A DNA stretch of 64,000 nt, from assembly GCF_009914755.1 (NCBI RefSeq), contig NC_060929.1; one strand, written 5' to 3'. Made by a program: the position numbers and the translations under genes. Source of the stretch: the human T2T-CHM13v2.0 reference genome, Homo sapiens. Numbering within the stretch: the stretch's first letter is position 1; each line of letters starts with the position of its first letter. Below the pieces are notes generated by a model. That model was not told the DNA's origin, ran no database searches, and was given only the letters and a program-made list of their open reading frames with translations. This document shows, piece after piece, positions 33,812 to 47,823 of the stretch.

Positions 33812-35233
33812 CTGGAAAGGGAAGAGGCAGGAGATGGCCGTATCAGGAAGGTTACCAGAGCAAGCTGAGCCAAGAGCCCTAAAAGTCTAAACCCAATTCT
33901 CTGCAAGCAAGCCGGCTTTCTACAGTCACATATCAGATGTAAAACAAACAGGGGCTCATATAAGTTTCTGCCAAGAGTCGTGGGTTTTAGAATCAGAGAG
34001 TTTCAAGAATGGAAGGAAACTTTACGTTGCCTAATCACACAGGTGCTACACAGTGTGGTTGGCAGATCGAGCACGAGAATGTAAATCAACATACTACTTT
34101 TTTCATTGAGAAAGTCTTGTTAGGAAAAGCATGTCAGCTTAGTATGCTTAGCAACATAGTTGCTTAGTAACATAGTTGATTTGCTTTCTGGTGCATGATC
34201 CTTATCTTGTTGCAAACCACAATAGTTCACAGACTGGCACAGCGAATAGCACTTCTTTATAGCTCTCTGGGAACTTAATGACTGCAACAGAGAACTCATC
34301 CGCTGCAAAAAGTCAATTTCACTGCCAAAACACACTAGCTGTTAGGAAGTTCTTCATTACATCAAGAAAAAAATTACACTTTCTTTTAACTCTACCCATT
34401 GTTTGCAGCTCTGGCCTTTCAAGCAACTAAGAAAAAATCCACTCTCTCCCCTCTTCAAGGCAATCCTTCCACGACTATCGGTTTAGGAGAGTAAATATAC
34501 AAAAATGAAAACAAAGGGAAATGCTATGTGGTTGTCGTGAATAACCACATTTCCTGGAGGATTTGGACATGTTTTATTGTCTGATATCCTTTTTTTCCTC
34601 TTGTGTTTTTTCTGGCCACTGTGTATTTTGCCCGGGTTCTGTAATCTCAGTGAGGGGTCCTGCCACACTCAAGCTGCATAAAGATGCCCACAAAACATGT
34701 AAGCTCTAGGCCCACAAGGAACCCAGCCTAGAGGATATCAAACCTCTCTGTGTTCTGTGGTGTCTGATTTGCCTGCTTAGTAAAGTAGCAGAACTTCAAG
34801 AAATGCAGTCATGTCAGAAGATGAGAAAGAAGATGATAAGTGGCCTAAATCCTGCATTTTTGGGAAAAGAAGCCGCTGGCTTATCCTTTTCAATCTTCCA
34901 TATGAGAGAAAAAAAGTCAAAAGGAAGGCTGATAATAAGCTTAGGAAATGTTGACCACAAACTCCATAGAAATTCATCAGGGAAAGATGAAACAGATGTT
35001 TTACAAGTGAAGTGTGAAACTGGACCTCAGCCCTCCCTCCTTAACTACCTGCTCCCAAAGCAGGTTCACCAGGAGTGGTGGATGTGGGTGATCTCCTCTG
35101 GCTGGTCTGACTGTTTGACCTCCATCCACTGCTCTTCCCTTAGAGAGAGTTGCCCTCTAGGGCCTTCTCCTCAGCTCCTCCCAAGAACTCTGCCCACCGC
35201 CCTCCCACCTCATTCCTCGGCCTGACGCATCAC

Positions 35234-35326
35234 CTTCTTCTCACCACATTGAGTTCCATCTGCAGCAGCGTCCAGCTTAGAGCGACAAAAGCCCTTCACG
35301 GAGCACCACAGTGTCTGGCAGACGTT
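35234..35326 (-). CDS. ADAMTS12: ADAMTS12 coding exon (~exon 10, 93 nt), [31 protein letters not shown]
   Basis: CTAG|AAC acceptor and AAG|GTGATG donor. Disintegrin-like motif LWC...ADGTxCG. Phase 0-0. Confidence 0.95.
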
Positions 35327-35899
35327 CTAGAAAACAAATTGCACTTCTTTTGTATTTTCAAAACCTGCCACAAAGCATTTCTATAGTTACAGTAAAATAT
35401 GCACACTCATCCACACACTCACAATAAATGCCACTGTTGTTAGTGACTAAGAGTGACAGAAAGCAATCATTAGAGTTTTCAGTTCAAGCTTAACTTGGAC
35501 TTTGTCATCATTCATAAACAATGGTCTATAGATCATACTAGGTAATATGGAAATGAGGGATAAAACCTATTTTCTAAGGGTTGAGATGGTCATTTCTATA
35601 TGTTTGGCACAATATCCAGCCCTCATTGCTCTTGGGAAAGGTAACTGGTGATCATCTATGAAAGGTAAATCTAAACTGTGGCTGGAAGGCAACCTGATTA
35701 CTAACAGTTGGGGGTGGTTATAACTTGAGCCTGCTCAGTGAAGAAAATGGAAACTCTTCCATCTAGAAAGCCTCAGCTTGTTCACTTATTACCTTAAGTA
35801 GTCAGCTGGTTTCAGTTTCCAGGAAGAGAGCTGCATATTCCTTCTTATTTCTACCCTTATGGGGATAAAGGAATGTTGGCAGGATTCTCAGATGCCATC

Positions 35900-36480
35900 T
35901 GAAATGGCTTAGCTGCTTCCATCTATCTATCAGTATTTTTTTCTGTCTATTCATCTTCCATAGTTCTATCCACTTATTGTGTTCTACACTGCATGTGTTT
36001 TTTCATTATATGACTTGATATTTTAAGCCATTTTAGAAAATTATCAATCTTTCTCTCTCTAAATTTTGCCTCTCCTTTCTCTCCTTTTGGAACCCGTAAT
36101 TGTTGTTGATGGACCTTCTTATTCTGTACTTTGTGTTTCAACCTCACTTTCATATTCCTCATCTCTCAATCTTGTTGTATATGAAAACCGAAGAAACTTT
36201 CTCCTCCATCACACACCCCTAAGAAGCACCCAAGTGGGAAGGGAAGTAATTTTCTCAGCTCTAAATTCCATTTGATTGATTTTCTTTTCAACCATGTCAA
36301 GTCTGCTGTTTAATCCATCCACTGAATTTTTAAGTCAATAACCACACCTTCCATTTCCAGAAGTCATATTTATTCTTCCTCATATCTGCCTTACATATAT
36401 CTTCTGGTTCTTTTTTCTCATGTACAGTTCATTCTTATATATTTATTTTATTATCCCTATATAAAAATTCAATTTTTGAA
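35900..36480 (-). mobile_element. Ancient L1M ORF1/5' remnant
   Basis: Minus ORF 35974-36162 resembles the L1 ORF1 'IGVPE...ENFP' region. Boundaries approximate. Confidence 0.4.
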
Positions 36481-36597
36481 AGTTCTTAAGGGCTTGTTAA
36501 GGGCTTCTTAAGGGCTTCAGCTCACTTAGCTGAAGATAGACTACATTAGATTTTTGAATTAGAGGCTGAATTATGAACTCATCTGAAGGGTGGCTTT

Positions 36598-36885
36598 TTT
36601 TTTTTTGACAGAGTCTCACTCTGTCATCCAGGCTGGAGTGCAGTGGTGCCATCTCGGCTCACTGCAAGCTCTGCCTCCTGGGTTCACGCCATTCTCCTGC
36701 CTCAACCTACTGAGTAGCTGGGACTGCAGACACCCGCCTCCACGCCCGGCTAATTTTTTGTATCTGTAGTAGAGACGGGGTTTCACAGTGTTAGCCAGGA
36801 TGGTCTTGATCTCCTGACCTCGTGATCTGCCCACCTTGGCCTCCCAAAGTGCTGGGATTACAGGCGTAAGCCACCGTACCCGGCC
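36598..36885 (-). mobile_element. AluY
   Basis: Y diagnostics (GCAAGCTC, TTCACGCCATTCTC, TGTTAGCCAGGATGG). TSD AGGGTGGCTTT. Confidence 0.9.
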
Positions 36886-36995
36886 TAGGGTGGCTTTATC
36901 TATTGGAGTTTCATGCCACCTTGGTTGAGTGTTGGTTCCTCTGGGCCAGTTTCACCTTTATTTCCAGGCATCCATGGTATCTCCAGGACAAATGC

Positions 36996-37000
<5 letters not shown>

Positions 37001-37038
<38 letters not shown>
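37001..37038. repeat. (ATT)n microsatellite
   Basis: Seen directly. Confidence 0.9.
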
Positions 37039-39291
37039 GCGTGAAGGCACTCAAGCTATAAGGGGTACAGATTTAAACTCTAGATTAGCATGAGCATGGC
37101 CTGTAGTAAAGAATTTCCAAGTGAGAAAGTTATTCACCAGTATTTCCACACACCCCCCACTTCCCCACTAGAAACTAGGCTGAGATAAAAGATGCTTCTC
37201 TGTCATCTCTCTTTCCTTTTGGTTGATTTCTTCTAGCTCATCCTTTCATTGAAGCACAACTCTTTGAGAATCGCGGCTTCATGCAAAGGTCTCAGTTCTA
37301 AATCCTGGCCCTGGTCAAGGAGAATACATCATTGTCTCTTCCAACGTGGAAGTGAAAACCCACATAACCCTTTTGTTATCTCCACTTCAGCCTCAATATC
37401 TGTTCATGCTTATCACTCCCCCTTTTATTTTTTTTCCTTCTTTCCGAGGATTTCTTTTACTTTAAGTTCACTGAGCATTTAGAAAGGATGATGTGCTAGG
37501 CGAATGGTACACAGAAACTTTGTACTATTTTTTTCAATTTTTTGGAGTTTATACTATCTCAAAATAAAAAGTTATAACATGGATAATGCTACATTTTCTG
37601 GTATTTTAGGGTGTTGTTAACACGGAAAATGATGAGGTTATCTTGGCTGCCATATAAAGAGATCTGAAGTCTTCATTCACTTATCTGTTGGGTGCCTACT
37701 ATGTGCTAGGCATTGCTGAGTGTCAGGGATAAAAATTTCCTCACAGAGCTCACATGGTAGGAGAGGAGATAGTCTAGTAAACAAAAACCTAAAATATAGT
37801 CTAATAAAGCTTTGACACAGGAAATTCAGGATAGGATATAAAAGAATATTTAAGCTGAGGCTCAAATGATGAGCAGAAGGGATGGTTCCAAGGAACCACT
37901 GTGCAGGGTTCTAGAGGTTGTGGAGAACCCAGCACTTTCAGAGAATGGAGGCTGTTCACGACAGATAAACATGGATTGCAAAAGAGGAGCTGACCAGAGA
38001 TAACTTGGGTGTCCTGTTTCTAGTAAACAATGGGATACCCTGGAAAACGCTTACCTCTATAAATCTTCTAAAATCATGCATAATATATTTTAAATATTTT
38101 AAGTGCATCCTTGAGTCACCAAGAAAGTAAGGAAACCCCCTAAAGGCTAAAAATGTAGCAGAAATGTTAATCTGGAGATGCAAACCTAGTTACTTAGGTC
38201 TTCCATTTATTAGTCACTTAGATACTGGAGACAATGTGTAGGGCCTATGTAAGGTAGGAAGTTGGAGACCTTCATATAAGGCCTTGAGTGAAAGGGTGAC
38301 CTGAAATCTAGGTACACAGAAAACTTGTCTCATTTGACTTTAACTCTAGAAGGAGTGGTCAAATGTTACTCCTGAGAGTTGGTAACCACACTCGCCCCCA
38401 TGCTGCTCATGAAGTCAACACAACATCAAATCAGTAACATTTTAAATTGACCCAGAGATAGAACTGAAAATTTTCGGTGAAAGAATGTGCCAGCCATCTG
38501 AACCCTAAAGGAAAACCTGACATAAAGTTTTATAACTAAAGGCTCACAATAAAAGCAAAAATCACAAAACGAAATAACACGTAATATGTTAAAAAAACCC
38601 CAAACAGGAGAAACAGATGCACATAGACTCTGAACACTGAAATTACTCAGTATAAATTGCAAAATAAATATGTCACATATTATTAAAGAAATAAAAGATT
38701 ACATCAAAAGTTTAAAATTAGGAAAGAAATACCATGAAAGTGAGAGAAAATTCAGAAAAATAACCAAATAGACTTTTATAAATAAAAATATGATAAATGA
38801 GATTCAAAAGTCAATAGACAGGTTAAATATGCATAATTGGACAAATCTGAAGAGAGAACTAGTGAACTAGAAGATAAAGATACATGATATAAAATACAGA
38901 GACACAAAGAGATGAAAATATGAAGGAGAGGTTTCCCAGATAGGAAAGATTAGTGATTAAATTCCATATACATATAATCAGTAGCAGATTAGAGAGTGAA
39001 GGGCTAAAACAATATTCTAAAACATAAGGCCGGAGAGCAAGAGGAGAGCGAATTATGAAGCCTCTTCTTAAGCCATTTTAGGAAATTTGTACTTTATTGC
39101 AAGAAAATAGGAAGGCCATGAGATATTCTACTCACAGGGGAGTAAGTATTTATAAATCCATTTATAAATGGATTTCCATTTATAAAGGTTACTTAGGCTG
39201 CATTTTAGAAAATGAATCAGAGTTGAGGGGAAGCGTTCAGATTCTACCATTCAGGGAACTGCTATAGTCATCTAGGAACAGGTGGATTTTA

Positions 39292-39673
<382 letters not shown>

Positions 39674-40674
39674 TCAACTTTACCTTCTCTGTTAAGTTTG
39701 CTTGTTCTGTCTAAGCACAGTTATTTACTTTCCCCTTTAAGTTTTTTCTGTTTCATTTTGAATTTATCTCACTGTATTAAAATTTTTATGCCTGCCTCCT
39801 CCACCATGAGCTCCTCGAGGGCAGAGACTTTGTCTTATTAATTTTTGAGTGTTTATATTTTCTTCTTATTCTGTACATAGCACAGAATCTGGCAGGGATT
39901 CAGCGAGACTTGCCTCGTCAATATGTGTGTGTTAACACAGATACTTTTGCATTATAAGGGATGAGTTCAGAGAGTAGACAATTTCCAAATCACGAAGGAC
40001 TGCCTCAAAAGGAGCTGGAACTTTATCCTGTGGTCAGCGGGGACCCTAACAGCAGAGTAGACCACGGTTACATTGTGTTTTTAAAAAATAACTTGAGCAA
40101 CAATTTGAATAGGAGGGAGACTAGGTAGGAGATAATTACGATAGCAAGGAAAGATGATGAGAGACTGAATTGAGGCAGTGACAGTGGTAATGAAGAAGAT
40201 AGAACAGAGCTACAGATTCTTCAGAAGGTACGGTGTCAAATCCTGAATTATTATTTGGACGTTGAAAATAAACAAGAAGAATGAATTGGTGAATAAATCC
40301 TACTTCTAACTTGGGAGCTGCTGGTACTCTTCAGCCAGATGTGAAATTCAAGAAAGGGAGCAATTTTAGGGATTAAGTTGGTTGCTATGGAGTCTGCAGG
40401 TGTGAATCACTGTGAATCCTGAAAATCACTATGGAGCTGTGTCAAACACCACCCAGTTGCAATGGAATATAGGCTTCGTAGAATACCAAGGTGGCAATGT
40501 CAAGGCATGTGATTCCAGCTTAATTGTTTTCCCTTACAGACACACCTTGCCTTAAATATAAAGCTTCTATTTCTGTGTCTGGATGTTCAGTTATTTCCAA
40601 ATATTGTCCTGGCCCTTCCTTCAGCATGCTGGAGATCTGAAGCCCTGCATATAGCCACCAAGAGGTACACTTAC

Positions 40675-40819
40675 TTCTACTTCCTGGCAGAAGGTAGCAT
40701 TGGGTCCATATTGTAGCTGGCACTGGTGGTGAACATCATAGATCACTCCGGGGGCAATGACCTTGGACTTCAAGCCTTTCTTTTTAGGTATGTCATCAAG
40801 ACAGAACCCCCAGCCTCGG
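40675..40819 (-). CDS. ADAMTS12: ADAMTS12 coding exon (~exon 9, 145 nt), [48 protein letters not shown]
   Basis: TTCAG|C acceptor and GAA|GTAAGT donor. Encodes the end of the catalytic domain and start of the disintegrin-like domain (PGxxYDxxxQC). Confidence 0.96.
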
Positions 40820-41406
40820 CTGAAAACAAGTTAACAGAAATGAGAGGAGTTGTTTAGGATTCCCTTTACCTTCAGCCTTTCATTCAACAGAAACTTCCCT
40901 CTGGTTTACTCTTTGTCCTTTAAGACAACTTTATTTTTTACAAGGCAGAGAACTCTCTAGGCCCATCATGGGAGTTATTAAAGAAAATGCAAATCATATC
41001 CCACAACATAAGCTTAGTTTATCTAGAAAATACAAGCCATGGTAAAATTAGAAAATCATTATCCTACTCTCAATGAGGTTTGAATGACCACTCTTATCTC
41101 TGTTGGGTGTTCCTGCCAGTTCCCAAGGACTTAATTCATAATTGGCTCATAGAAAGCTATTTTGGGGCAGGAGCAATCTGGGATGGGACAGGATGCTCAC
41201 CTGCCTGTGACAAGAGGGCAGAGCCCATCTAGACCTCAGGATCAGAATGCAGAAGTGAAATCCGCCCCTTCTGATGCCACCCTGACATGGTGGCCTGTGG
41301 GATGGAATCCAGCCTTTTCCAGGCATCAGCTTCTCTGTGTAAAACTCAATGCAGCTTCCAATTTAAAGAGACCCAGGTGAGGGCGTCATGAGACACTGTC
41401 ACTTAC

Positions 41407-41550
41407 TCCAAGAAGCGGGTGATGTACTCCTCGCTGCACTTGGACCATGTCAGCGGAGTGGGATCGTACTGGAGCTGGCGGGACATGATGTACGGATGTC
41501 TGCCCACAGGCTCACAGTCATTTTCTTTCCCATCATGCTGGATGCCGAAG
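41407..41550 (-). CDS. ADAMTS12: ADAMTS12 coding exon (~exon 8, 144 nt), [49 protein letters not shown]
   Basis: CCAG|C acceptor and GA|GTAAGT donor. Completes HELGHSFGIQHD and carries the Met-turn (IMS). Translated by hand; not in the ORF track. Confidence 0.96.
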
Positions 41551-43489
41551 CTGGCAGGGAAGAACCAAGCACAAGAAGAGCCAGCAGGCAGGCATTAAAC
41601 AGGAAGAAAAACCATAGTTTCCCTAAGAGCGTAATAACTCACAGACAGCCACGTTTGTACAGAAGGCAACTGTTTGCAAAGTGAGACTTTGAAGTCGGAG
41701 GGGCATAGCTAATTTTCAAATGAAAAAGGACAGGGAGCATTGTAGGCATGCTTTACCTCAAATATGCATCCATGGGAGTCATGCAGCTAATTCAGAAACT
41801 TCTGCTTGGCAGAAGGCTAAGAGCTCTGTCTGGCTTTCTTTCTATGAATCAGGAGTCAGGAAGGCAAATCCTGCCCCCAGCTATTTGCTTTCTCCTGCTG
41901 CAGCAACCACAGTGCACAGCACAAAAGAACAAAACCTTCCTTCTCCCTTTTCATCAGAATTTAAGAGACAGCATGAAAGGAGAAGCCTCTGGGAGACTTT
42001 GTCAAAGCCTACAAGCTTTGAGGGATCAATGTCTTTCTACTATTGCTACAGGAGTCCTCCTAATTCAGTGTTAACAGCAGGATTTTTAAGACAGATGATC
42101 TGTATTTGAACTCCAGCCTTGCCACTTAAATGACCTGTAAATCATTAAAACTTGCCTCATTTTCTTCTCCTAGAAGATGGGGTAGTCATCCTAGTGCTAC
42201 AATGAGATCTGAATAGAATAAAGTTTGAAAACAATTTAACAGGGTACCTGGCAGATAATAAGGGCTTCACAAAGGATAGAATTTTTTTAAAAAAACATTC
42301 TTGTTTTCTTTTTATCATGATCTAGCTTATTTTCCTTTTCCATATGAAAAAGTTTAGACTTTGAGATTTGTCAACAATCATATAGCTTGTTAGTGGTAAA
42401 ACTAGGTTTCAGACACAGATCTTTGGCTCCTAACACAGTACTCTTGTCCATGTGTCACTTGGTCTGTTCCCTGACCTTCCATTGCCAGGGCTGACCCAGT
42501 GAAGCAGCCTTTAAGGGCCTTGAAAAGCTTAACCATCCACCATGGCACGAGGGTGCCTAGGGAAGAAGACAATTCAGAAGCCTTTGTTTATAAGCCACGT
42601 TCTCAAGATCACCCAAAGACGTTTTCTGAGATTCCCAGAACTCTCTCCACTGGGGTGGACTTTGAGACACTAGACATTTAAACCTGGAGACATTGGCTTA
42701 AATTTCTAAATCTGTATGACCTTTTACTCTTTGTAGTGAAATTCAACTCGTCTGACTGGGAAGCTCATATCCAACTTTAATGAAACCTTCTGATCAGTAT
42801 TAGCAACTCTTGCTGAGAAGAGTCTTTGGGGGATTTGGAGATTTTCTTGTGTTTTCATGCATTATGGTATTATCAATGTACTTAACAAACTCTAATCACA
42901 TTCCACATGAATATAAAACTCACAAAGGAGTCAGAGAATCAATGTACAAAGCTCTTACCACACACCCACAAAGAATGTGGTTCAACGAAAGCTTCCTTCT
43001 GAGCAGGTTTTCCCTAGCCTGCTACAAATCCAGCCCCACCCAGAGCATGAGGTACTCTACAAGTTTGACTGTTCAGTAGTTAAAATCCTAAACTGCAAGC
43101 AAGGTTCTAAAAACCTACATGAATAATGATCTTCTTATCTGTGGATATGTCGATACACCAAGCCATATAATCTAGGGCCCTCACAAATGGATTTTTAAGT
43201 TTTCTCTCAAAATAAAAGTAAAATTATTCACTTGGGTGATAGCACAAGTTACTTTCTCTTTTGCATTATACACAATCAGTGATGAAACAAACAAGTGTGC
43301 AAAAAACAAAGGGATATCTTTGTTATTAAACTATGATGGGTGTCTTCTTGGGATATTGTTTTAATATATTTTTCTCCTTATGGTCTGTCCCAGGCCATTT
43401 CGTTGATCTCGCCAATGTTTCTTAGTTTGATCCACAGCTAATTAGAATTATACAACTAAAAAAGAAGTACCTGAGAGGCACCTTAACAG

Positions 43490-44770
43490 TTTTTTTCTAT
43501 TCTTTATTTTTATAAGTTTGGGGGATACATGTGCAGGTCTTTTACATAGATACATTGCATAACACTGAGGTTTGGGCTTCTAGTGTACCTATCACCCAAA
43601 TGGTGAACGTTGTACCCAGTAGGTAACTTTTCAACTCATTCTCCTCCCACTCTCCCCAGCTTTTGGAGTCCCCAGTGTCTATAATTTCCCTCTGTATGTC
43701 TATACATACTCATTGTTTAGCTCCCACTTGTAAGTGAGAATATGAGGTATTTGATTTTCTAAGTTATTTCACTTAGGATAATGGTCTCCAACTCCATCTA
43801 TGTTGCTGCGCAAGACATGATTTCATTCTTTTTTATGGCAGTGTAGTATTCCGTGGTCTATATATACCACATTTTCATTATCCAGTCATCTGTTGGTTGA
43901 TTCCTGACTTTGCCATTGTGAATAGTGCTGCAATAAACATACGAGTGCAGGTATCTTTTTTACACAATAATTTCTCTTCCTTTGGGTACCTAACCAGTAG
44001 TGGGATTGCTGGGTCGAATGATAGCTCTAGTTTTAGCTCTTGAGAAACCTCCATACTGTTTCCCATAGAGTTTGTGCTAATTTATATTTCCAACCACAGT
44101 GGTGTATAAGCATTCTCTTTTCTCCACATCCTTGCCAATAGCTGTCCTTTTTTGATTTTTTAAATAATACTCATTCTGATTGGTGTGAGATAATACCTCA
44201 CTGTGGTTTTAATTTGCATCTCTCTGATAATTAGTGATGTTGAGGATTTTTTATATGTTTATTGGCCACTTTTGTGTCTTCTTTTGAAAAATGTCTGTTC
44301 TTATCCTATTCCTACTTTTTAATGGGGTTGTTTATTTTTTCTTGTTCAGTTGTTTGAATTCCTAATAGATTCTCGATATTAGTCCTTTGTCAGATGTATA
44401 GTTTACATATGTTTTCTACACTATGTGGGTTGTCTGTTTACTCCACTGATTATTTCTTTTGCTGTGTAGAAGCTTTTTTGTTTAATTAAGTCCCATTTGG
44501 TTATTTTTTGTTTTGCTGCATTTGCTTTTAAGGTCTTAGCCATAAATTCTTTGCCTGGACCAAAAGAGTTTCTTTCTTCTAGGATTTTTGTAGTTTCAGG
44601 ACTTACATTTAAGTCTTCGATCAATCTTGAGTTAGTTTCTGTATGTGGTGAGAGATAGGGGTCCAGTTTCATTCTTCTGCGTGTGGCTATCCAATTTTGC
44701 CAGCACCATTTATTAAACATGGTGTCCTTTCCCCATTGTATATTTCTGTAGACTTAGTCAAAGATCAGTT
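43490..44770 (-). mobile_element. L1PB/L1MA-type 3' end with ORF2 C-terminal remnants
   Basis: Minus ORFs 44421-44720 (FNKWCW..KLDPYL) and 43878-44066 ([19 protein letters not shown]). 3'UTR motifs present. Confidence 0.85.
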
Positions 44771-44796
44771 CTCTCATTGTATATGGGGTCCCCCAC

Positions 44797-46723
44797 ATAT
44801 ACAATGATGTTACTTGCAAACAGGGATAGTTTTGTTTCTTTCTTTCCCATATGTATGCTTTTTATTTCCTTTCCTTATCTTATTGTACTGGCTGCAACTA
44901 TTAGTACTATGTTGAATAAGAAGTGGTGAGAATGGACATCGTTGTCTTGTTTTTGATCTTAGGGGAAACATATTCAGTGATTTAGCATTAAGTATAATAT
45001 TAGGTTTAAATTTTTTGAAGATGTTCTTTATCAAGTTGAGGAAATTTCAGTTTCTGAGTGTTTTTATGATGAATAGATGTCAAATTTTGTCAAATGTTTT
45101 ATCTACTAAAATTAATATTAATATAATCATGTGGTTTCTCTTGTTTAGCCTGTTACAATGGTGGATTATGCTGATTTTCAAATATTGAGCCAGCTTTGCA
45201 TCCCTGAAATAAATCCCACTTGGTCATTGTGTCTAATTCTTTTTTTCTTATATTGCTGAATTCTACTTGCTAATATTTTGTTAATTTTTTTACATCTATA
45301 TTCCTGAAGGATATTGTTCTTTAGTTTTCTCTTTTGCATTGTCTTTGTCTGAAATTAGTGCCAGGGTAATACTAGCTGCATAAAATGAATTAGAAAGTTT
45401 TCCCTTCTCATGCACTTTATTTGGTTTATGATTCTTGGTTGTCGACAGGTCTTTTCTTTTAACATTGAAAAATATTGCACCTCTTCTTTGGGCTTCCATT
45501 GTTTCTGATGAGAAATCCACTGTCACTCAAATAGTTTCCCTCCTATAGATGGGGTATCCTTTCTCTCTTGCTGCTTTGAAGATTTTCCTTTCTCTTTAGA
45601 TTTCAGAAGTTTAATTATGATAGGCCTGGGCATGGATTTTCTTTGGGTTTAACCTGGTTGAGTTTCTCTCACCTTCTTAAATATGTGGGTTTATGTCTCA
45701 TCCAATTTGCAGAATTTTCAGCCATTTGTTCTCTGAGCACTTTTTCAATGCCATTGTCTTTTTCCTCTCTTTCTGAGGCTCCAATGACATGAACGTAAGA
45801 TCTTTTGTTATATTCTCACGGGTCTCTGAAGCTCTGTTCAATTTCTTTTAGTCTCTTTCTCTTTGCTCATACAGATTACATAATTTCTATTGTTCTATTT
45901 TCTAGGTCATTAATTCTTTCCTCTTTCTCATCCATTCTACTGTTGAGCCCTAGTGTTCACTGAGCTTTTTATTTACATTATTGCATTTTTCAGTTCTACA
46001 TGTTTGACTCTTCTTCATGTCTTTTATTTCTTAGCTGACACATTATTTTTTCATTTGTTTAAAGGTTGTTGATAATTGCTCATTGAAGCTTTTTCACCAT
46101 GGCCGCTTTGAAATATTTGTCAGCTAATTCTAAAATCTGTCATCTCTTGACATTCTTTGTTTTCATTCAGTTTGAGATATTCTGGTTCTTGGTATAATGA
46201 GTGATTTATATTGAAACCTGGAGGTTTTTATATTATGTTATGGATCTTATTTAAATCTTCAGTTTTAGCTTGCTTTTCTGACACTACTCTGGAGGGGAAG
46301 GGAGTGGAGCCACTGCTTCAATACTGCCAAGCCTCTATAGGTACCTGAGTTGTCAAAGGGATGGCTCCTTGTTACTGTCTAGGGGTGGATGAAATTTCTG
46401 GCTCCCCATGTAATCTGTCCTGACACCACAGGGGTGGGGCTAGGGGAGCCCTCATTACTGGCCTGTAGGGATCAAAGTCTTAGTCCCTAACTGGTCTTTT
46501 TGACACTACCCAAGTAGTGGTGTTTGATGCTTTGTTATAGCTTCACACAGATGCAAGTCTAGGCTTCCCACTCAGACTTTTCTAGCATAGAGCCACAGTT
46601 GTACAGTTTTTTCTTTCCTTTGCTGTTCACCTGGAGTAGAAGAGTTACTGTCTAGAATTTTCTGCCTTGTTAGACTGTCCCTTTCCTACTCCTTTGGATA
46701 GAGAGAACAGGCGTATGTGGGTG

Positions 46724-46766
<43 letters not shown>

Positions 46767-46990
46767 TTCCAGGTTGTTGCCATCATCAGTTCCAAGTCTG
46801 GCATATATGAGAGAAAAGAAAAGCCAGGGAATTCACCACCATGTCACTCTTCAGGTTCTGTGGTCCTCAGCCTGTCTTCCTTCTCTCCATCTTTCAGTCT
46901 TCCTATGTTTGTTTTTGATATAGTGTTCAGTGTTTTTCATCATACTTAGTAGACGGCATATGGAAAAGTATGTATATTCTATCTTCCATG
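44797..46990 (-). mobile_element. Older L1M fragments (ORF2 RT piece, ORF1 piece, 5' region)
   Basis: Minus ORFs with FPLRSKTRQRCPFSPLL and TVDFSSETMEAQR/NSFYAASITL. Internal deletions. Contains (TG)n at about 46728-46764. Confidence 0.7.
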
Positions 46991-47079
46991 ACTTATAACT
47001 TTCTAAGGGGCAGCATTTAATGCCCCTGAGTAAGTTATTGGTAACAGATGCTACTGGTACCTGTTCATAGACTCACTAC

Positions 47080-47823
47080 TAGCTGCCTTCCAGCTGCTAG
47101 TATATGCATCTCTTTACCTGGGATTTCTCCAGAGCCAATTAGACTGCTCTGCTGAAAGTATCAAGGAATTATTAATAACAACCTCTGGGAACAGCCTCTA
47201 ACCAACAACTTAAGGGTGTTGGTATATAAAACAGCCCAGTTCTTCTCACGTTGGGTAGGGTAACTCTGAAACGTGTGTTGTATATCGTTCTTGGAGTTTG
47301 TCCATGGGATTAAGGTTCAACTGCTCAGAGTGGAAGCTGAGATAATGAATTGTTTATTGTCTACCTTCCCTGTTCTGTTTTACACCCTACTTCCCTACTG
47401 GTATTTCCTTTACCTTCCACATAAATTAATTGCTCTCAAATCCTTGTCTCGGGGTTGACTTTTTTTTTTTTAGTTTTATTTATTTAATTTAATTTAATTT
47501 AATTTAATTTTACTTTAAGTTCTGGGATAATGTGCAGAATGTGCAGGTTTGTTACATAAGTATACATGTGCCGTGGTGGTTTGCTGCACCCATCAACTCA
47601 TCATCTAGGTTTTAAGCCTAGATTATGCATTAGGTATGCCCCGAATGCTATCCCTCCCCTTTCCCCTGAACCCCGACAGGCCCCAGTGTGTGATGTTCCC
47701 CTCCCTGTGTTCATGTGTTCTCACTGTTCAACTCCCACTTATGAGTGGGAATATGAGGTATTTGGTTTTCTGTTCCTGTGTTAGTTTGCTGAGAATAATG
47801 GCTTTCTGAATAAACTCAAAGAC
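47080..47823 (+). mobile_element. ERVL-type LTR remnant (MER68/MER77-like) interrupted near its end by an L1PA 3' fragment
   Basis: LTR-like TATA (GTATATAAA) and terminal CTCAAATCCTTGTCTC..., resuming after the L1 as CTTTCTGAATAAACTCAAAGAC. Confidence 0.45.
47460..47806 (-). mobile_element. L1PA (PA8-10-like) 3' end
   Basis: TTTAAGTTCTGGGATA...GTGCAGGTTTGTTACATA...CCCACTTATGAGTG...GTTAGTTTGCTGAGAATAATGG with a (TTTAA)n tail. Confidence 0.85.
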
